64,000 nucleotides of DNA from Candidatus Moranbacteria bacterium GW2011_GWA2_39_41 (GTDB taxonomy: Bacteria; Patescibacteriota; Minisyncoccia; Moranbacterales; UBA2206): assembly GCA_000995125.1 (NCBI GenBank), contig LBXA01000001.1, positions 15,511 through 79,510 on the forward strand. The letters are read 5' to 3'. The position numbers and the translations under genes are program-made. Shown here piece by piece: positions 58,685 through 64,000 of this stretch (position 1 is its first letter; each line of letters begins with the position of its first letter). Below the pieces are notes generated by a model, which worked only from the letters and a program-made list of their open reading frames with translations, was not told the DNA's origin and ran no database searches.

Positions 58685-60961
58685 ATGTTAAATCAATTGC
58701 GAGAGTTTTTCAAAGACCAGACCAATCTATTGCTGCTATTCCTGTCCACTCTACTCGGCCTAAATTCCCTCTTTTTTCTGGCCTCCCAAGAAAAAGTCTT
58801 TCGTCTGCTCCACAATTCATTTGACCTCAATATATTTTATTTTGCCTATTTGCTAATTTCAGCCATTGGCATTGGCTTTTATTTACTAAAAAATAAATTG
58901 AACTTGTCACATTTCTTGGAAAAAATGTTGCTTTTATTTCTGCCAACAGAAATTATTTTTATGTATGGCTTGCAAAAAACCACCGAACTTAATCCAAACA
59001 TCGGTATGATCAACGCCATATATGCTCTAGCACTAGCATTGTTCATCGTCCTACGCGGCTTGAATAGCGATAAACGGATCCTAACTGAAAACACTCAGCC
59101 AAAAACAAAAAACTCAGCGCTAATTGCAATCGCAATTTTTTCCATCATGTTGACTTCGCTCTTATTTGGCAATTATCACATCGGCAAAATGGCTATCGTT
59201 GATGAACCGCTTTGGACTTTTGATCGCATTCCAGATTTTTGGAAAAATGTCGGGGAAAAAGATTGGTACAACAGTCGGGTCAGTGACAAACCGGGCCTGA
59301 CTGTGGCCGTCCTGTCTGGCACTGGTCTTTTTTTCGAAAAAAATCCGCAATATTTTGAAAATATGCCGTGGGTTAACAATGAAATTATATCAGAAAAATC
59401 TATTGAAAATTTTAATTATGCTTTCCGCTTTCCAATTTGGCTTTTTGTTATCCTGTCACTGCCAATTTTTTACCTCCTGCTCAAAAAACTAATTGGACAA
59501 ACTAGCGCGCTTTTATCAATCACTTTCATTGGACTTTCTCCAATTATGCTTGGCAATGCCAGAATCATCAATCCTGATTCAATTCTGTGGATTTTTGTGA
59601 CACTTTCCATCATCACCTATCTAATTTATCTCCGAAGCATTCGAAAAACTGATCTTTTTTTGAGCGCGCTTTTTTTGAGTCTTGGTATTCTCACCAAATA
59701 CACGGCCAATATTCTCTATTTCTTTTTTTTGGCGCTTATTTTTGCCGAATACATTTTCAATCACGCCAAATATTCTCAAGAATCTTTCTATATCTATCTT
59801 AAAAAACATCTGCTAAATTATTGTTTGCTAGTTGCACTGTCTTTTGCAATTTTCTATGCTTGCTACCCAGGCGTTTGGGAAAAACCAAGTCGAGTCCTGA
59901 TTGGCACCATTTACAGCCAAGCCTTCGAACCACTCTGGCCATTCTTCGCCAGCCTCCTAGGATTTATCTTGCTAGACCTCTTACTGTTTAAAAGTTTCCT
60001 AATGAGCGCGGTTGTGAAATTTTTTGTAAAATTCAAACGGGCATTGTTTGTTGGCATCAGCAGTCTTTTTCTAGCATCTATCCTAGCCACTCTCACCAAT
60101 GTCTATCTCAGCATGAAGTTTTTTGATTTTGAAAATATCCTCGCTTCGCCAAAATCATCTTTTGCCGCCACTAGCGTACTTGGTTTTTTCTTGTCCAATT
60201 TTTATCCAATGATTTTTGGAATTTCTGTTGTTGCTCTGTTAGCAATCATGGCCTTTCTAGTTTTAGCCCTGCAGAATAAAGCTAAATTAAATCAACAATC
60301 TGTCCTGACCGCTTTCTATTTGATGCTATTTATTATCGCCTACTATCTTGGCGCCGTGGCGTCACATGTCGCTTCCATCATTCGCTATCAAATAGTCGTC
60401 TTTCCGATTATTTTCATCATTGCCGGCATTGCTTGTAGTGAGATTTTTCGACTGTTCGTCTTGAAAAAAAATGATGACGCCCAAAAAATATTCAGCAAAC
60501 AAATTGTATTTTTTGTTGGATTGTTGATTGTGCTTTTCACTTCTCTGTGGCAAAGTAAACCATTTTATATGAGTTATGTTTCTGCTCTACTACCAGAAAA
60601 ATATTATCTCGATATTAAGGATATGGGTGAAGGTAGCTATGAGGCGGCTCATTATCTCAACTCTTTGCCCAATGCTCATAATTTAAATATCTGGACAGAC
60701 AAACAGGGTGTCTGTGTCTTTTTTGTCGGCAAATGTCATTCGGCGCTTTCGGCCAAAACTTTTGCTACCCGTCAGATTGACTATTTCGTCGTCTCCTCTG
60801 GTCGCAAGAGTCGCACCACCAAAATGAGTGGCATCATTTCAATCAATGGCGCCTCATTTATGGATATCTATAACAGTGAGAATTTTGTGCAAAAAATAGA
60901 ATTGGGTGGCCGACCTAATAATTTCGTTAAAATTGTTGAAACTAATTCCATCAAAAAATAA
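58685..60961 (+). CDS. GT-C (PMT/ArnT-like) glycosyltransferase
   Basis: VDEPLW..RIP.FW, DKPG, IINPD, TKYTAN. Confidence 0.8.
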   Translation: MLNQLREFFKDQTNLLLLFLSTLLGLNSLFFLASQEKVFRLLHNSFDLNIFYFAYLLISAIGIGFYLLKNKLNLSHFLEKMLLLFLPTEIIFMYGLQKTTELNPNIGMINAIYALALALFIVLRGLNSDKRILTENTQPKTKNSALIAIAIFSIMLTSLLFGNYHIGKMAIVDEPLWTFDRIPDFWKNVGEKDWYNSRVSDKPGLTVAVLSGTGLFFEKNPQYFENMPWVNNEIISEKSIENFNYAFRFPIWLFVILSLPIFYLLLKKLIGQTSALLSITFIGLSPIMLGNARIINPDSILWIFVTLSIITYLIYLRSIRKTDLFLSALFLSLGILTKYTANILYFFFLALIFAEYIFNHAKYSQESFYIYLKKHLLNYCLLVALSFAIFYACYPGVWEKPSRVLIGTIYSQAFEPLWPFFASLLGFILLDLLLFKSFLMSAVVKFFVKFKRALFVGISSLFLASILATLTNVYLSMKFFDFENILASPKSSFAATSVLGFFLSNFYPMIFGISVVALLAIMAFLVLALQNKAKLNQQSVLTAFYLMLFIIAYYLGAVASHVASIIRYQIVVFPIIFIIAGIACSEIFRLFVLKKNDDAQKIFSKQIVFFVGLLIVLFTSLWQSKPFYMSYVSALLPEKYYLDIKDMGEGSYEAAHYLNSLPNAHNLNIWTDKQGVCVFFVGKCHSALSAKTFATRQIDYFVVSSGRKSRTTKMSGIISINGASFMDIYNSENFVQKIELGGRPNNFVKIVETNSIKK

Positions 60962-60962
60962 T

Positions 60963-62801
60963 ATGCAAAATAAAAAAATATCTGTCCTATTTCTACTCAT
61001 TTTGTCTGTGGGACTTTTTTTTGCTTTTGGTTTTCAGCATCTGACGAAATTTGTGACAGCCGATGAGCACTATTGGACCTACGAACGGATCCCGCAATAT
61101 TGGCAAGCACTGAGTGATTTCAATCTCAAAAAAACGCTCATCAATGACAAACCCGGCATCACGGTGGCCATGTTTTCAGGTGTTGGACTCCTCGTAGAAA
61201 AAGATCCGACTAGTCACACCACCAAAGTTGATGCGGATCTGCGAACATTTGATGTTTCCAGAACTGAAAACATCAATCTTGCTTTTCGTTTGCCAATTCT
61301 AATTATTAACAGTCTCCTATTACTATACTTCTTTTGGATTATCAAAAGGGTCACAGAAAATGAATGGATTGCTTTGTGGAGTGTCGTTTTGATGGCGCTT
61401 TCCCCCATTCTCATCGGCATCTCACAAATCATCAATCCCGATGCTTTGTTTTGGTCTTTCAGCGCGGCCGCGATTTTTTCCTATCTAGCTGTCTTGAAAC
61501 ATAATCAAAAGAAATTTGTTTTTCTGACAGCGCTTTTTGTCGGTCTAACCATGCTTTCCAAATACACTGCCAACATTCTTCTGCCTTTTTTCTTTTTCAA
61601 TATTTTTTTCTACTACCTGTTTATCTGCGAAAAATACACCCAGGCTGAAATTAAAAAATATTTTGTCTCGCAAATTTTTAATCTGGCAATCATCGTTGCC
61701 GGCGCGCTAGCTGTCATTGCCATTTTCCTGCCCGCCATCATCATCAAACCAATTTACCTCTATCGTTTGACTCTGGGCTTTGGAGCTATGCAATCAATCG
61801 TCTGGACAATTACTATTGTGTCTATAATCTTCCTGCTCGATCAATTCATTTTTAGAAGCACACTTTCACTTTGGCTAAAAAAATATTCTCAGACATTCAT
61901 CACGATTTCAAAAATTGTATTAGCTCTGGTTTTTTCAATTTTTGTCATATTGCTTGTTGGTCGCAATGTTGTTCAGCATTGGCAACTTTTTGAAATGGTG
62001 CCCTTTGATGTAAAAGAATTGAAATATATTGATGACTATGGCTATTCCATCACGCTGTGGGAAAAATTTCTTTTTGAATTCAATCCACTAGTTTTTTCTA
62101 TCACACCGATTGCATTGTTGGCTGTGTTATTTGTTTGGCTCAAAACATTTTTCACCAAAAAATCATCCGAGGCTTTCTTGGTTATTTCTGCCACATCTTT
62201 TATTCTGATTTATTACACCGCTTCAGTTATCATAGGCATTACCTCTATCGTCCGCTATAGCATCATCCTTTATCCGATGATTGCTTTTCTGGGTGGCATC
62301 GGACTTTGGCAAATTTCTCAAAAAATAAAAATCAAGAATGTTCTCAATTTAAATATTGCTATCACCCTCATCTTGATAATCTTTTCTTCAGCTATCGTCT
62401 TTTCCATCAAGCCTTTCTATTTCAACTACACTGGTTCACTCTTGCCTAAAAAAGATTTGATTTCTGATGCTTGGGGCTATGGCGGTTATGAAGCAGCACA
62501 ATATCTCAATGCCTTGCCCAATGCTAAAAACATCACCATCTGGGCAGATTATTATGGTGTTTGTGAATTTTTTGTCGGCAGATGTATCACTGATTACAAT
62601 CTAGAGACTGGGCAATATTCTTTAGACTATTTAGCCCTGACTCGTCGCGGACAAATCCGCTACCTACAAAACAATGCCAAATGGCTTGAAAAAGAAACTG
62701 GAATCAAAGTTGCAGAAGATTACAACGATCCCAATCCAGTCTGGAAAATAGAAATCGGAAATCGTCCAGACAACTTCATTAAGATTATGAAAAAATACTA
62801 A
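60963..62801 (+). CDS. GT-C glycosyltransferase, tandem paralog of 58685-60961
   Basis: ADEHYW..RIP.YW, DKPG, IINPD, SKYTAN, YEAAQYLNALPNA, C.FFVG.C; start trimmed to ATG 60963. Confidence 0.8.
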   Translation: MQNKKISVLFLLILSVGLFFAFGFQHLTKFVTADEHYWTYERIPQYWQALSDFNLKKTLINDKPGITVAMFSGVGLLVEKDPTSHTTKVDADLRTFDVSRTENINLAFRLPILIINSLLLLYFFWIIKRVTENEWIALWSVVLMALSPILIGISQIINPDALFWSFSAAAIFSYLAVLKHNQKKFVFLTALFVGLTMLSKYTANILLPFFFFNIFFYYLFICEKYTQAEIKKYFVSQIFNLAIIVAGALAVIAIFLPAIIIKPIYLYRLTLGFGAMQSIVWTITIVSIIFLLDQFIFRSTLSLWLKKYSQTFITISKIVLALVFSIFVILLVGRNVVQHWQLFEMVPFDVKELKYIDDYGYSITLWEKFLFEFNPLVFSITPIALLAVLFVWLKTFFTKKSSEAFLVISATSFILIYYTASVIIGITSIVRYSIILYPMIAFLGGIGLWQISQKIKIKNVLNLNIAITLILIIFSSAIVFSIKPFYFNYTGSLLPKKDLISDAWGYGGYEAAQYLNALPNAKNITIWADYYGVCEFFVGRCITDYNLETGQYSLDYLALTRRGQIRYLQNNAKWLEKETGIKVAEDYNDPNPVWKIEIGNRPDNFIKIMKKY

Positions 62802-62809
62802 CGAAAAAC

Positions 62810-62840
62810 AAAAAACGAGATTGCAATCTCGTTTTTTTTT
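62810..62840. terminator. Bidirectional terminator-like palindrome
   Basis: AAAAAACGAGATTGCAATCTCGTTTTTTTTT between convergent genes. Confidence 0.65.
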
Positions 62841-62855
62841 ATTCACAAGAATGAT

Positions 62856-63797
62856 TTACTTATTCTTCAAATACACCGGCAAAGCCAAGAAACTTAGGAG
62901 CATTTGGAGAAAGCGACTGAGGATAGCTACGGTGATGACTAGCGCCGGACTGATACCAAAGAAACCAAAGAATGTGACATAAGCCCATTCCTTCACGCCG
63001 ATATTGTTAATGCTAATTGGGATAGCGGAAACGAAGCTAATGAGGAATATAACTGACAAGAAATCTAGGACATTTATTTTGGCTCCCAGAGCCAAAAATA
63101 GCACGAAATTGGTCAAAGCTAGTCCAATTATGCCAAAGGCCACAGAAGCTGCCACAGCACGCCACAGCACGCCTGAATTGCTGTGATAATTGGTCATTTC
63201 GGTCAAAAAATTCAAGATTTTCTCTGGCACATATTTAGCCACTCCTAACTTGTGCAATGACAACTTTTTCCAAAAAGAAAAATTTCTAGTAGCAAAGAAC
63301 AATAGAATAAGCATTATTCCAATTAGCACACCCAGATTGAGAACAACCAGAATGTGCTTGGACAAAACCGTGCTGAAATTTAACAGCGAAAAAAACAAAG
63401 TCAGCACCATCGCTCCAAAAAGACCCGTCAAGCGATCCATTACTACCGATGAAGCGGCCTGCGAATATTTCTTTTCAGTCTTACCAATTTGATAGGCACG
63501 AAAAGTGTCCCCACCAATGAATGACGGCATAAAATTATTAATAAAAGTTCCAGCTAAATAAAATTTGAAAAAATCACGCAGTGGCAAATGAATGCCCTTG
63601 AACTCGGCTAGTTTTTTCCACTTATGAGCTGATACAACAATTCCTGCAATTAAAACGAAAAAATACAGGATAATATATTTTATTTCAACTTTACTCAGCA
63701 GCGTCAAAACTTCCTGCCAATCAACTTTAAAAACAATCCAAAAAAGAAAAAGCAAACTAACTGTTATTTTCAATAAAAATTTTAATTTCTTGTTCAT
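62856..63797 (-). CDS. Lysylphosphatidylglycerol synthase TM-domain / flippase-like protein (UPF0104)
   Basis: FINNFMPSFIGGD, DRLTG, PISINNIGVKE. Confidence 0.85.
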   Translation of the reverse strand: MNKKLKFLLKITVSLLFLFWIVFKVDWQEVLTLLSKVEIKYIILYFFVLIAGIVVSAHKWKKLAEFKGIHLPLRDFFKFYLAGTFINNFMPSFIGGDTFRAYQIGKTEKKYSQAASSVVMDRLTGLFGAMVLTLFFSLLNFSTVLSKHILVVLNLGVLIGIMLILLFFATRNFSFWKKLSLHKLGVAKYVPEKILNFLTEMTNYHSNSGVLWRAVAASVAFGIIGLALTNFVLFLALGAKINVLDFLSVIFLISFVSAIPISINNIGVKEWAYVTFFGFFGISPALVITVAILSRFLQMLLSFLALPVYLKNK

Positions 63798-63808
63798 TCG
63801 TTAATCCA

Positions 63809-64000
63809 CTAATCCTTTAATTTTTTAATTTTTCCATAGAGTTCGAAGTATTGTTGCGCCACCTGCCCCCAGCTCATTGTTTCCGCCACTTTGCGACTTG
63901 CTTGTCCCATCTTTGCGCACAATTCTGGATTGGAAATAATCGCTTCAATTTTTTCTGCCAAATCTTCAACATTGCCCATCTCAATCACCAAGCCATTTTG
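63809..64000 (-). CDS. Glycosyltransferase family 4, C-terminal part (runs off the window)
   Basis: NGL...GNVEDLA...MG...MSW C-terminal GT-B signature. Confidence 0.8.
   Translation of the reverse strand, partial: QNGLVIEMGNVEDLAEKIEAIISNPELCAKMGQASRKVAETMSWGQVAQQYFELYGKIKKLKD

Noticed and set aside
400-63492. Many 60-150 aa antisense or alternate-frame ORFs (e.g. 1098-1529, 22958-23383, 42780-43091)
   Set aside because: Shadows of well-supported genes with no independent coding signal.
34-64000. Alternative genetic code (TGA as Gly or Trp)
   Set aside because: Conserved genes are full length under code 11 with no in-frame TGA.

Overview
AT-rich bacterial chromosome segment. Gene content and style (archaeal-type pyrH, short ObgE, many GT4 and GT-C glycosyltransferases, few Shine-Dalgarno motifs) suggest a CPR/Patescibacteria (Parcubacteria-like) genome; this taxonomy is inference. 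About 60 CDS are called. They include housekeeping genes (glyA, obgE, fmt-def-priA, gltX, rrf2-iscS-iscU, pyrH, rpmA, pyrG, rplI, ctpA) and three surface-glycan regions (1.4-12.3 kb, 35-42.5 kb, 43.6-64 kb) with six GT-C-like membrane proteins. Main signals: (1) a divergent RtcB inside the glycan locus, followed by a separately promoted cassette with an 86-aa orphan ORF and a 125-nt tRNA-like gene whose anticodon loop is replaced by a 59-nt structured insert; (2) a ~161-nt structured element with compensatory base changes, present three times, each ending on a start codon (rpmA, iscU, a GT4); (3) several other small palindromic, MITE-like or heptamer repeat families, some translated in frame inside conserved proteins; (4) a Fic-wHTH gene with a perfect 13-bp palindrome in its promoter, a duplicated glyA tail and an internally deleted peptidase S51 remnant. 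No rRNA, CRISPR array or intact transposase/integrase was seen.
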